DNA of 64,000 nucleotides, taken from assembly GCA_030705825.1 (NCBI GenBank), contig JAUZPR010000002.1, positions 6,101 to 70,100 on the forward strand. The letters run 5' to 3'. A program made the translations under genes and the position numbers. Below are positions 29,699 to 39,087 of this stretch, one piece after another; position 1 is the first letter of the stretch, and every line of letters starts with the position of its first letter. The notes under the pieces were generated by a model. It was not told the origin of the DNA and did not search any database. It saw only the letters and a program-made list of their open reading frames with translations. This DNA is from Bacillota bacterium (lineage in GTDB: Bacteria > Bacillota > Clostridia > Acetivibrionales > JANLFN01).

Positions 29699-30880
29699 TT
29701 ACCATTGCCCTTGAATCTCAGCATACTTGTGGTCTACATTGAAATCATTCTTATCAAAGTAATTGGCACTTACACCAAACGTAGAATCAACATTGATCCA
29801 TCTTTTGTCCGCCGGATAATAAACCTGGTTCCAGGCATGATCTCCCCATGCAACACCACTATAAGCAAGACCTGTTATCAGTCTAACCTTTAAGCCAACA
29901 GCTCTGCACATGGAAACATACAGGCAGGAGTAGTCAAAGCAAATACCCTTCCTTGTGTCAAAGGCAACTATGGATCCTGATGCTGTACCTTCAGCAGCTG
30001 TACTTACCTGAACCGCTTTTTCTTCATCATATGAAATGTGTCTGGAAATCCATTTATATATAAGCAAGGCCTTTTCCCTGTCGTCCGTGGCATTCTGCGT
30101 AATTTTCAGCGCTGTTGCATCAATTTCATCATTTGATTTAATAGCCTCATCAAGAGTAACCCCGTTAAAATATTTTATAACCCAGGCGTTCCCGCTATTT
30201 GACGGCTTCAGCCCGTCACTGCCGTCTGTTGTATTTTGTGCTGTTCTTTTAAAGGAATCGTTGAATAAGACAGGTATCTTTTTTGCAATATTGGAATTAA
30301 GAACCGGATATATTGCATTTCTATAGATAGTCTGGTACGCTGTCGATTCGTTCATCCATTTGGACAATAAAGGTGAAGAAAAATAATAGCTGAAAAAATT
30401 AAGTAAAATGGCAAACAAAAATACAATAAAAATAGATTTCGGAATTTGTGACAGTACTCCAAGTATGTTTCTTCCGGTTTTACCTAAAGAGCTGATTTTT
30501 CTGCTGGCCCAGTTTGAAAACGGATAAACTGCATATCTATAAAGAGGAATTGTTATAAATCTCATAATTCCAAGATATAAAAGCAATATTACAGGAACAT
30601 TTACAAAGTAAACAAGAATATCTTTTCCGAAAAATGCGTCTTTAATTTTTTGAGGTATTGCTCCATAAAGACTACTGAATATTCCATAACTATGGTCAAA
30701 ATAAATCATTTTTACAAGATAAACCGATAATATGATTCCTGCAAGAAGCAGAGTATTTTCTACCATGGAAGTAAGCGATCCGAATATCCTTTCTCTTGTA
30801 AAAGGCTTATATATACCCCAAACCAATGGGAGCAGGAATATTATAATTATTAAGATAGTAATTGCATTAAATTTGAGCAA
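29699..30880 (-). CDS. Membrane-anchored transglutaminase-like protein
   Basis: N-terminal TM helices and a C-terminal transglutaminase core (GICFDYSC...GDHAWNQVY...VDSTF, Cys-His-Asp). Confidence 0.75.
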   Translation of the reverse strand: MLKFNAITILIIIIFLLPLVWGIYKPFTRERIFGSLTSMVENTLLLAGIILSVYLVKMIYFDHSYGIFSSLYGAIPQKIKDAFFGKDILVYFVNVPVILLLYLGIMRFITIPLYRYAVYPFSNWASRKISSLGKTGRNILGVLSQIPKSIFIVFLFAILLNFFSYYFSSPLLSKWMNESTAYQTIYRNAIYPVLNSNIAKKIPVLFNDSFKRTAQNTTDGSDGLKPSNSGNAWVIKYFNGVTLDEAIKSNDEIDATALKITQNATDDREKALLIYKWISRHISYDEEKAVQVSTAAEGTASGSIVAFDTRKGICFDYSCLYVSMCRAVGLKVRLITGLAYSGVAWGDHAWNQVYYPADKRWINVDSTFGVSANYFDKNDFNVDHKYAEIQGQW

Positions 30881-31068
30881 GCCTTCCGTCCCCTCACAAA
30901 TTTTAAAGTATTGAAATAATACTTCCCATATTTCTTTGTTTTAAATTAAAAACCGTTAAATTCTTTCATTAGATAAATAAACTTCAAATATAAGTATACT
31001 ATTTTAAATATATATTTGTCACTTTGCAAAATCTCCTATAATAAAAATGAATTATTTAAAATTACGAC

Positions 31069-31097
31069 TTGCATTTATAACAAAAAAACTTTAATAT
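31069..31097 (+). promoter_or_regulatory. Candidate SigA promoter of glnN
   Basis: TTGCAT (31069-31074), 17 nt, TAATAT (31092-31097). Confidence 0.5.
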
Positions 31098-31133
31098 ATA
31101 TACTAGATAAGATTTTTGAATATTTTACTAATT

Positions 31134-31189
31134 TTTTAAACAATGGCGTTTAAAATGGTGGCAATTTGAACGAACGAAGGCGTTTCAAA
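31134..31189 (+). promoter_or_regulatory. Dual-hairpin antiterminator element (ANTAR-target-like)
   Basis: Hairpin 1: TTTTAAAC-AATGGC-GTTTAAAA (8 bp, hexaloop with A1 and G4). Hairpin 2: TTTGAACG-AACGAAGG-CGTTTCAAA. Its 3' arm is also the 5' arm of the downstream terminator. Confidence 0.5.
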
Positions 31190-31211
31190 GCTATTTTGAT
31201 GCGCTTTTTTT
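31180..31211 (+). terminator. Leader terminator upstream of glnN
   Basis: GCGTTTCAAA-gctat-TTTGATGCGC (10 bp with 1 mismatch and 1 G-U) followed by TTTTTTT. It lies 114 nt before the glnN ATG. Confidence 0.65.
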
Positions 31212-31324
31212 ATTTGTTTATTTTAGTCAGTTATTTTAATACGTTATAGATAATAGTAAAAACAAAATTACTAATACTAATAATAATTTCCTTACGGGAA
31301 ATCAATTTGAAAGGGGATAATATT

Positions 31325-33424
31325 ATGGAAAATTTAAATTTGAGCAGTATATATGGCTCAAACGTCTTCAATGACGCATTAATGAGAGAACGTCTTCCCA
31401 AAGTAGTTTATAAAGCTTTAAAAAAGACTATAGATGAAGGGCTGCCTCTCGATGCCGGAGTTGCTGAAGTTGTTGCTAGCGCAATGAAGGATTGGGCAAT
31501 TGAAAAAGGGGCAACACACTTTACTCACTGGTTCCAGCCTTTGACTGGAATTACAGCTGAAAAGCATGACTCTTTCATTTCTCCCACATCAGATGGAAAA
31601 GTTATTCTTGAATTTTCTGGAAAAGAATTAATAAAAGGTGAACCTGATGCATCATCATTCCCTTCCGGCGGACTTCGCGCTACTTTTGAAGCAAGAGGCT
31701 ATACGGCATGGGATTGTACTTCACCTGCATTTGTTAAAGACAGTACTCTCTATATACCAACAGCTTTCTGTTCATACACCGGAGAAGCTCTTGACAAAAA
31801 GACTCCTCTTTTAAGATCTATGGAAGCTCTTGATAAGCAAGCCATACGCATACTTAAACTTTTAGGAAACACTACTGCAACCAGAGTTACAACTACAGTT
31901 GGACCTGAACAGGAATACTTCCTCATTGACAAGGAATTATACGATCTGCGTAAAGACCTTATATATACCGGACGTACTTTATTCGGCGGAAAGCCTCCAA
32001 AGGGCCAGGAACTCGAAGACCATTATTTCGGTACTCTTAAAGAGAGAATTTCTTCATTCATGAAAGAATTGGACGAAGAATGCTGGAAGCTTGGAATAGC
32101 TGCAAAAACCAAACATAACGAAGTTGCTCCTGCACAGCACGAGCTTGCTCCAATATTCTCCACAACCAATATAGCAACAGATCACAATCAGCTTACTATG
32201 GATATTATGAAGAAGGTTGCATTAAGGCACGGTCTGGTTTGCCTGCTTCATGAAAAACCATTTGCAGGTGTAAACGGTTCAGGAAAGCACAACAACTGGT
32301 CAATGTCTACCAACGACGGTCAGAACCTCCTCGAACCCGGCCGCACACCACACGAAAACGCACAGTTCCTTCTGTTCCTTACAGCTGTTGTAAAAGCTGT
32401 TGACGAATATGCAGATTTACTCAGAGCATCTGCTGCAACTCCTGGAAATGACCACCGTCTGGGAGCTAATGAAGCACCGCCTGCTATAATTTCAATATTC
32501 CTTGGAGAACAACTTTCTGACATACTTACACAGATTGAAAACGGCGGCGCTACAAGCTCAAAGAAAGGCGGAGAGCTTAAGATAGGTGTTAATACTCTCC
32601 CTGTACTTCCTAAGGATTCTACAGATAGAAACAGAACATCACCATTTGCTTTCACCGGAAATAAATTTGAATTCAGAATGGTTGGTTCATCTGCTTCCAT
32701 CGGAGCTCCAAACTTCGTACTCAACACAATAGTTGCCGATGTATTGTGCAATATCGCAGAAAGACTTGAAAAGGCAAAAGATGTTGATGCCGAAGTTCAG
32801 AAGATTGTATACGAAATAGTTAAGAATAATAAAAGAGTAATTTTCAACGGCAATAACTATTCAGACGAATGGATTGTTGAGGCTGAAAAAAGAGGACTCC
32901 CCAATATCCGTAATACTGTTGATGCAGTTGGTGCTTACATTGCTGAAAAGAATCAAAAGATTATGATCAAGCACGGAGTTCTCAGCAAGGTTGAACTTGA
33001 CTCCCGTTACGAAATAAATCTTGAAAACTATGTTAAGACTATTAACATCGAAGCATTGACTATGTTAGAGATGGCAAAACGCCAGATCCTTCCCGCATCA
33101 ATCAATTTCGCAGGTGATCTTGCAAACTCCATTAACGCAATAAAGGCAGCCGGTGTAGGCGCAGATATTTCTGCAGAAGCCGATTTGCTCAAAGAGGTTT
33201 CACAGGTTATAGCTTCATTCAAGAAGAATATTGCAATACTCGAAGATAAGCTTGCAAAAGCAGCTGCTATAAGCGATGACAATTACAAGCAGGCTTGCGC
33301 ATACAGGGATGAAATATTTACTCATATGAGTGTTTTAAGAGCAGACGGAGATAAGCTTGAAAGTCTGGTAGGCGAAGATCAGTGGCCGCTTCCGACTTAT
33401 GGCGATATGCTGTTCAACGTATAA
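31325..33424 (+). CDS. glnN: Glutamine synthetase type III
   Basis: About 700 aa GSIII with a typical N-terminus ([12 protein letters not shown]) and catalytic region ([10 protein letters not shown]). ATG at 31325 follows AAAGGGG. Confidence 0.92.
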   Translation: MENLNLSSIYGSNVFNDALMRERLPKVVYKALKKTIDEGLPLDAGVAEVVASAMKDWAIEKGATHFTHWFQPLTGITAEKHDSFISPTSDGKVILEFSGKELIKGEPDASSFPSGGLRATFEARGYTAWDCTSPAFVKDSTLYIPTAFCSYTGEALDKKTPLLRSMEALDKQAIRILKLLGNTTATRVTTTVGPEQEYFLIDKELYDLRKDLIYTGRTLFGGKPPKGQELEDHYFGTLKERISSFMKELDEECWKLGIAAKTKHNEVAPAQHELAPIFSTTNIATDHNQLTMDIMKKVALRHGLVCLLHEKPFAGVNGSGKHNNWSMSTNDGQNLLEPGRTPHENAQFLLFLTAVVKAVDEYADLLRASAATPGNDHRLGANEAPPAIISIFLGEQLSDILTQIENGGATSSKKGGELKIGVNTLPVLPKDSTDRNRTSPFAFTGNKFEFRMVGSSASIGAPNFVLNTIVADVLCNIAERLEKAKDVDAEVQKIVYEIVKNNKRVIFNGNNYSDEWIVEAEKRGLPNIRNTVDAVGAYIAEKNQKIMIKHGVLSKVELDSRYEINLENYVKTINIEALTMLEMAKRQILPASINFAGDLANSINAIKAAGVGADISAEADLLKEVSQVIASFKKNIAILEDKLAKAAAISDDNYKQACAYRDEIFTHMSVLRADGDKLESLVGEDQWPLPTYGDMLFNV

Positions 33425-33443
33425 TAAGATATCCAAGTCAACA

Positions 33444-33477
33444 GGGGTATGGTTGAAAAACCATACCCCCCTTTTTT
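33444..33477 (+). terminator. Intrinsic terminator of glnN
   Basis: GGGGTATGGTT-gaaa-AACCATACCCC followed by a T-run. Confidence 0.85.
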
Positions 33478-33541
33478 GGTCTTGACCATTAATAATACAG
33501 AATATTTTAAAATCAAATATAATATATTAGCAATAAGACAC

Positions 33542-33570
33542 TTGCATAAATGAATACATTATGATAAAAT
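33542..33570 (+). promoter_or_regulatory. Candidate SigA promoter of the FMN riboswitch-ribU unit
   Basis: TTGCAT, 17 nt, TAAAAT. Confidence 0.5.
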
Positions 33571-33585
33571 ATTAACAATAAAATT

Positions 33586-33710
33586 CAATCTTCAGGGATG
33601 GGTGAAATTCCCTATCGGCGGTAATATGGCCTGACCATTAGCCCGCGAGCGAAAGCAGACCCGGTTTGATTCCGGGGCCGACGGTAAAGTCCGGATGAAA
33701 GAAGAAGTTC
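33586..33710 (+). promoter_or_regulatory. FMN riboswitch (RFN element)
   Basis: CAGGGATGGGTGAAATTCCCTATCGGCGGTA...AGCCCGCGAGC...CCGGTTTGATTCCGGGGCCGACGGTAAAGTCCGGATGAAAGAAGAAG matches conserved RFN blocks. Confidence 0.9.
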
Positions 33711-33729
33711 TTGATTAAGTCTATTTGAG

Positions 33730-33759
33730 TCCCTGGGATTGTTACCCGGGGATTTTTTA
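33730..33759 (+). terminator. Riboswitch expression-platform terminator
   Basis: TCCCTGGG-attgtta-CCCGGGGA followed by TTTTTTA. Confidence 0.75.
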
Positions 33760-33808
33760 TTTGCGCAAATAAATAAATTCTTAATTAACTTTTAGGAGGT
33801 CTTTAAAA

Positions 33809-34426
33809 TTGAGAGAATTAACAGGTAACAGAATTAAAACGTCACAGATTACTAAAATTGCTATATTATCGGCTCTTGCAGGAATTATTATGTATTTTGA
33901 AACCACACTGCCTTTTATGCCACCTTTTTTAAAAATTGATCTTAGTGAAATCCCGGCACTAATAGGTTCTTTTGCTTTAGGACCTATAAGCGGAATATTT
34001 ATTGAACTTATAAAAAATCTTATTCATCTGCCTGCAACTCAAACATTTTGTGTGGGAGAATTGGCAAACTTCATAATGGGCTCGTTTTTTGTAGCAACAG
34101 CAGGATATATATATAAATACAAAAAGACCCGTTCGGGCGCAGTAATTGCTATGATTTTCGGTACTCTCTCCATGACTGTTGCGGCTTCACTTGCAAATTA
34201 TTTTTTCCTGATAGACTTTTATGCAAAGCTTTACCACATTTCCATGAAGGACCTGGTGGATATGTCCACCAAGGTAAATGGACTGGTTAAAGATCTTAAA
34301 TCCCTGATAGTATTTGCATTTATACCATTCAATATATTTAAAGGTTTGGTAGTTTCATTGATTACCGCATTGATTTATAAACATGTATCTCCTATTCTTC
34401 ACAGCAGGCATTTTTCCGGCAAGTAA
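33809..34426 (+). CDS. ribU: Riboflavin transporter, ECF S-component RibU
   Basis: Six-TM S-component-like protein directly behind the FMN riboswitch. TTG start 9 nt after AGGAGG. Confidence 0.78.
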   Translation: MRELTGNRIKTSQITKIAILSALAGIIMYFETTLPFMPPFLKIDLSEIPALIGSFALGPISGIFIELIKNLIHLPATQTFCVGELANFIMGSFFVATAGYIYKYKKTRSGAVIAMIFGTLSMTVAASLANYFFLIDFYAKLYHISMKDLVDMSTKVNGLVKDLKSLIVFAFIPFNIFKGLVVSLITALIYKHVSPILHSRHFSGK

Positions 34427-34510
34427 AAAAGATCATAAAAGAGGCTGCTCATTATTGATTTGGCACATGGGTCAACACAATAATGCAGCAGCCTCTGTCA
34501 TATCAGACTA

Positions 34511-35458
34511 TTATTCCTTGACTGTTGAATAATCAATAGTTGTTGTAATTTTCATAGGCATTTCCATTGTTCCTGCTGTTCCTGCATCTACGGTCATTTT
34601 CCCAGATAATTCCTGTTTCATATCCCCACTTGAAATAAACCCGTTTTTAATATTAATCTTTATGTTGCCTGTCATACTGCCTGACAAGTCGGGTTTCATT
34701 TTCATTCCCATTAAGTCCATGGATTTGGATGGATTGGTTTTATAATCGGATTTTAAAGAAACATAGGCAGTATCTCCGTCAACCTTATCCAGCGTATATT
34801 TTGTAGTTATATCTATTGCTATTATGGAATTAAGACTGTATGTTGTCTCCCAGGAGTCCCCCACTTTTACGTCACCCTTTGGAAAAACCTTGGAAGACTG
34901 CTGAATGGAAGAAATAATTGCCTTATCCCCGAAACTTGATTTTAAGCTTTCTTTCAATTGATCTATCGTTGCTTTTGCTTCAGAATTTCCCTTTGTATCT
35001 ACGGAATTCATAATGGAATCAAGTAATGAATCAATTCCTGTAACTTCGCTTACTTCACCCAATTTGTTCATTTTTGCTGAAAAGCCCTTGCCTATCAAGT
35101 TTTTATATACAGATGACATGGCATTGGACTCATCGGGATTCTTGGAGTCAAAGGATTGATTTTCTCCATTGGCTTCCATATCGGTCTTAAATGCGTCAAA
35201 CTTATAGTTTAAGGTCATTAATCCATCTGAACTGACATCTTGTACACTAACAGTGTAATCGGTAGATGATTTCTGTACACTTTTTGTAGACTGGCCGTTT
35301 AAATCAACTTCGCTGGTAGTGTTACTGTTGACATGATATTTGTAATTATCACCTTTCTGCACATTTATATAAAGTGCCAGATTACCTCCTGTGCAAGCAG
35401 ATAGTGAAAAAACAAATACTGCAATAAGTACACTTGTCAATAAAATCTTAATTTTCAT
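34511..35458 (-). CDS. Putative lipoprotein, unknown function
   Basis: Signal peptide with lipobox FSLSAC. The mature part is hydrophilic and beta-rich. Confidence 0.6.
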   Translation of the reverse strand: MKIKILLTSVLIAVFVFSLSACTGGNLALYINVQKGDNYKYHVNSNTTSEVDLNGQSTKSVQKSSTDYTVSVQDVSSDGLMTLNYKFDAFKTDMEANGENQSFDSKNPDESNAMSSVYKNLIGKGFSAKMNKLGEVSEVTGIDSLLDSIMNSVDTKGNSEAKATIDQLKESLKSSFGDKAIISSIQQSSKVFPKGDVKVGDSWETTYSLNSIIAIDITTKYTLDKVDGDTAYVSLKSDYKTNPSKSMDLMGMKMKPDLSGSMTGNIKINIKNGFISSGDMKQELSGKMTVDAGTAGTMEMPMKITTTIDYSTVKE

Positions 35459-35736
35459 TTAACTTTGCTCCCCCTAGCAATTAAATACCTAGTTTAATAT
35501 TCAGAACCGTATAATAGCAATCCCTTCTTCATAAATTACAGTATATTCCATGTTTTGTCAAGTATCGAACAGCCTTACTGTTATAGTATTACATTCCGGA
35601 ATTTTAAAAAGCAACATCGGTTCATTTTAAAAAATCACATATGCTAAAGTATTGTATATTGCAGATATATATAAAATAATTCATTTGTTATTGTTTATTT
35701 TTTTATAAGATTATAAAATAATAGGAGGTTATTATA

Positions 35737-36975
35737 ATGAGTAATCGAGTTGTTATAACCGGGATGGGTGCAGTAACATCGCTGGGAATTGGTGCGGATT
35801 TGCTCTGGCAGTCTGTAAAGGAAGGAAAATCAGGTATCAGCAGAATTGAACGTGTTGATGTATCTGATTTACCCACACAGGTAGCAGCTGAAATTAAAGA
35901 TTTTGATCCTGGAGAATACATAGATAGAAAAGAATTGAAAAGAATGGATAGATATTCCCAGCATGCAATGGTTGCAGCACAGCTCGCAGTAAATAATTCC
36001 GGACTGGACCTGGAGAAGATTGACCATGAGCGGCTTGGAGTAATCGTTGCTTCTGGAATAGGCGGTATAGAGTCACTTGAGAATCAACACAAGGTTATGC
36101 TGGAAAAAGGTCCGGGCAGGATCAGTCCATTTTTAATAACCATGATGATACCTAATATGGCATCGGGTCTTATTGCTATAAGATTTGGCGCCAAGGGATT
36201 CACCGAGTGTGTTTCTACTGCATGTGCTTCTTCCAGCAATTCCGTAGGCGACGCATTTAAGGTAATCCAACGAGGTGCGGCTGATATCATGATTGCAGGA
36301 GGTACCGAAGCACCTGTTACCAGACTTGCTCTTGCAGGCTTCTGTGCCAATAAGACAATGACCGTCAATCTTGATCCCCAAACGGCGTGCAGACCTTTTG
36401 ATGCTGAAAGGGACGGTTTTATTATGGGTGAAGGCGCAGGTATCCTCATTTTGGAAGAATATGAGCATGCGGTAAAAAGGGGTGCCGGAATCATTGCAGA
36501 AATAGTCGGATACGGGGCTACAAATGATGCATTCCATATAACAGCACCGGCTGAAGGCGGAGAAGGCGGGGCCAGGTGTATGAAACTTGCAATTGAAGAT
36601 GCCGGCTTAAAACCCGAAAATATAGGATATATAAACGCTCATGGTACTTCTACCAATTTGAATGATAAAAATGAAACCGCTGCAATAAAAAGTTTATTCG
36701 GAGAATATGCTTATAAACTCCCTGTAAGTTCCACAAAATCAATGACAGGACATTTACTTGGTGCAGCGGGAGCTATAGAAGCAATTATAACAATATCTGC
36801 TTTAAGGGACGGTTTTCTTCCTCCTACAATCAACTACAGGAATCCCGATCCCGAATGCGATTTGTATTATATACCCAATGAAGGTAAAACTGCTGATATT
36901 ACCTATGCATTATCAAACTCCTTTGGTTTTGGAGGACATAATGCAACTTTGGTTTTCAAGGCGGTTAAACCATAA
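35737..36975 (+). CDS. fabF: Beta-ketoacyl-ACP synthase II
   Basis: Catalytic triad contexts TACASSSN (Cys), NAHGTST (His) and GHLLGAAG (His). AGGAGG RBS. Confidence 0.92.
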   Translation: MSNRVVITGMGAVTSLGIGADLLWQSVKEGKSGISRIERVDVSDLPTQVAAEIKDFDPGEYIDRKELKRMDRYSQHAMVAAQLAVNNSGLDLEKIDHERLGVIVASGIGGIESLENQHKVMLEKGPGRISPFLITMMIPNMASGLIAIRFGAKGFTECVSTACASSSNSVGDAFKVIQRGAADIMIAGGTEAPVTRLALAGFCANKTMTVNLDPQTACRPFDAERDGFIMGEGAGILILEEYEHAVKRGAGIIAEIVGYGATNDAFHITAPAEGGEGGARCMKLAIEDAGLKPENIGYINAHGTSTNLNDKNETAAIKSLFGEYAYKLPVSSTKSMTGHLLGAAGAIEAIITISALRDGFLPPTINYRNPDPECDLYYIPNEGKTADITYALSNSFGFGGHNATLVFKAVKP

Positions 36976-37002
36976 GATTGAACTGATTTCGAGGGATTTT
37001 GT

Positions 37003-37884
37003 ATGGACATTAAAGAAATAATTGAATCATGCTCGGAATATATTGAAAAAAACATACATGAACGAATTACTCTTGATGATTTGTCGCATCATGCAGGTGT
37101 TTCAAAATTCTACCTGCATAGAATGTTTAAATCCCTTACCGGTGATTCGCTTATTGATTATATACAATCCAGGAAACTTACCTCCAGCATTAATGAATTG
37201 ACCAATACCGGCATGCGGGTAATTGATATAGCCATGGATTATGGGTTTGAATACGAGCAGTCGTATATTCGTGCGTTTAAGAAGAAATTCGGCTATACTC
37301 CGTTAAAAGTAAGAAATGACCAAATTTCTCTTTTAATAAAGGAAAAAATCAATATTAATGATTTTGTAACTGTTAATAATTCAGTAACCTATAAGCCCTT
37401 TTTCGTGTTTAAGCAGAAATTCAACCTTATAGGCAACAAACACCTGATTTTAAGTAAATCAGGTGATAAAACAGCAAATACCTACGGCAGAGATTTTTAT
37501 TACAATTACAGAAATAAAATATCCAACCCGGTAAATCCGAATATATACTTCGGGTTTACCGATTGGAGCAATAATGATAATGGATATATATACTATGTCC
37601 CCTCACTTGAAGTTTCAGAACTGGCGGGAGTTCCAGAAGGTATGACTGCCATCTCAATTCCGCCTCATAAATATGTCGTATTCCGCTTTGTAGGGTTTTT
37701 CCGTCCTGATGATTTAAATGGAAGACAGGTAGGACGTCTCTTAGTACATATGTATTCAAAATGGATTTTCAGTTCCGGGTTTAAATTTGCCGATACCTTC
37801 AGGTTTGAATACATTGATACTACCATATCAAAGGATAATTACTGCGAATTGGACATATACCAGCCAATTATACCCGCATCGTAA
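37003..37884 (+). CDS. AraC-family transcriptional regulator with a C-terminal effector-binding (GyrI-like) domain
   Basis: N-terminal AraC double HTH (LSHHAGVSKFYLHRMFK...YEQSYIRAFKKKFGYTP). The roughly 170-aa C-terminal domain has GyrI-like size and pattern; that domain call is tentative. Confidence 0.75.
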   Translation: MDIKEIIESCSEYIEKNIHERITLDDLSHHAGVSKFYLHRMFKSLTGDSLIDYIQSRKLTSSINELTNTGMRVIDIAMDYGFEYEQSYIRAFKKKFGYTPLKVRNDQISLLIKEKININDFVTVNNSVTYKPFFVFKQKFNLIGNKHLILSKSGDKTANTYGRDFYYNYRNKISNPVNPNIYFGFTDWSNNDNGYIYYVPSLEVSELAGVPEGMTAISIPPHKYVVFRFVGFFRPDDLNGRQVGRLLVHMYSKWIFSSGFKFADTFRFEYIDTTISKDNYCELDIYQPIIPAS

Positions 37885-38070
37885 TTTCATACCTATTTTC
37901 ACAATACACTTCTCTCCAATTTAGTAATTCAAATATAATTTTAAATTGGAGATATGCATATTTTCATTGTAGATTTTCCATATACCAATATTTTAATAAG
38001 TATTAAACTTTAATTAGATGTTTTAATTTGTATGCTTTTAAATACTTTTATGTGAAAATCGGAGGTAATT

Positions 38071-38931
38071 ATGAAAAAAAGTCTACATTTTGGTCCAGTA
38101 ATATTATGCATTTTAGTGCTCCCGGTTCTATTATTTACCGGATGCGGCAGTTCCGCAAAAAAAACTGCAGCTGCAGCAAGTAAAGAAGTATCAAAATCTG
38201 CTTCAACCAAAGTTGAGTCAACTGCTGCCAAAGACAGTACAAATAAAACAAAAGTTGATATAAATAAAAATGATACAGGTAAAACTGTGATTAGGACAAT
38301 ATCAACAGACCCCACATACCGTAATAATAGCTATGCAATAATATCAAAAAGCGGTACGGAAATTATAGTTGATCCTACATCAGCCGTAGACGGACTAAAG
38401 CCCGATGTGATAACAAGCACTCACAACCATCCGGATCACAATGATCCTGTTTTAGATTCAAAAACGAACTGCAAGAAATCTTATTATACAGTAGAATCTT
38501 TTGATGTCAAGGATGCACACATATTTAGTATAGCCTCTTCACATATGGGAAATGACATAGACAAACAAAACCCTACAAATGTTATTTATGTATTTGAGGT
38601 AGATGGACTAAGAATAGCGCATATGGGAGATATAGGACAAGATAGTCTTACACCGGAGCAGCTAAAAGCTATAGGTAAAATTGACATAGCTTTCATGCAA
38701 TTTGCAAATTCCTACTCAGACTATAGTTTTGCAAATGGAAAAGGATTTAAAGTTATTGAACAGTTGAAACCCCAAATAATTATACCTACTCACTCGGATC
38801 CTGACTGCACAAAGAAGATCGGAGATATTCTGGGTTCGTATCAAAGCGTAGATGATGTATTAGCAATAAGCAAAGATGATTTAAAAGACGGAAAACGTAA
38901 AGTTGTAGAAATTTATGATAATTTGTATTAA
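38071..38931 (+). CDS. MBL-fold hydrolase lipoprotein
   Basis: Lipobox LFTGC, then HNHPDHND (HxHxDH). Confidence 0.7.
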   Translation: MKKSLHFGPVILCILVLPVLLFTGCGSSAKKTAAAASKEVSKSASTKVESTAAKDSTNKTKVDINKNDTGKTVIRTISTDPTYRNNSYAIISKSGTEIIVDPTSAVDGLKPDVITSTHNHPDHNDPVLDSKTNCKKSYYTVESFDVKDAHIFSIASSHMGNDIDKQNPTNVIYVFEVDGLRIAHMGDIGQDSLTPEQLKAIGKIDIAFMQFANSYSDYSFANGKGFKVIEQLKPQIIIPTHSDPDCTKKIGDILGSYQSVDDVLAISKDDLKDGKRKVVEIYDNLY

Positions 38932-38979
38932 GGTTCTTAAAATTCGGTTATTAATCTAATTACTCTTTCCTTCTTAAAC

Positions 38980-39009
38980 AATGTCAGACTAGTTCTGGCA
39001 TTGTTTTTT
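38980..39009 (+). terminator. Intrinsic terminator of the MBL lipoprotein gene
   Basis: AATGTCAGA-ctagt-TCTGGCATT followed by GTTTTTT. Confidence 0.7.
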
Positions 39010-39022
39010 ATACTCTGATTAA

Positions 39023-39062
39023 TAAAAAAATTAAGAGCAGGATGATTTCTCATCCTGCTCTT
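39023..39062 (-). terminator. Intrinsic terminator of ppdK
   Basis: Minus strand reads AAGAGCAGGATGA-gaaa-TCATCCTGCTCTT followed by AATTTTTTT. Confidence 0.85.
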
Positions 39063-39087
39063 GTCAATACCAACATCCTGTACGATT

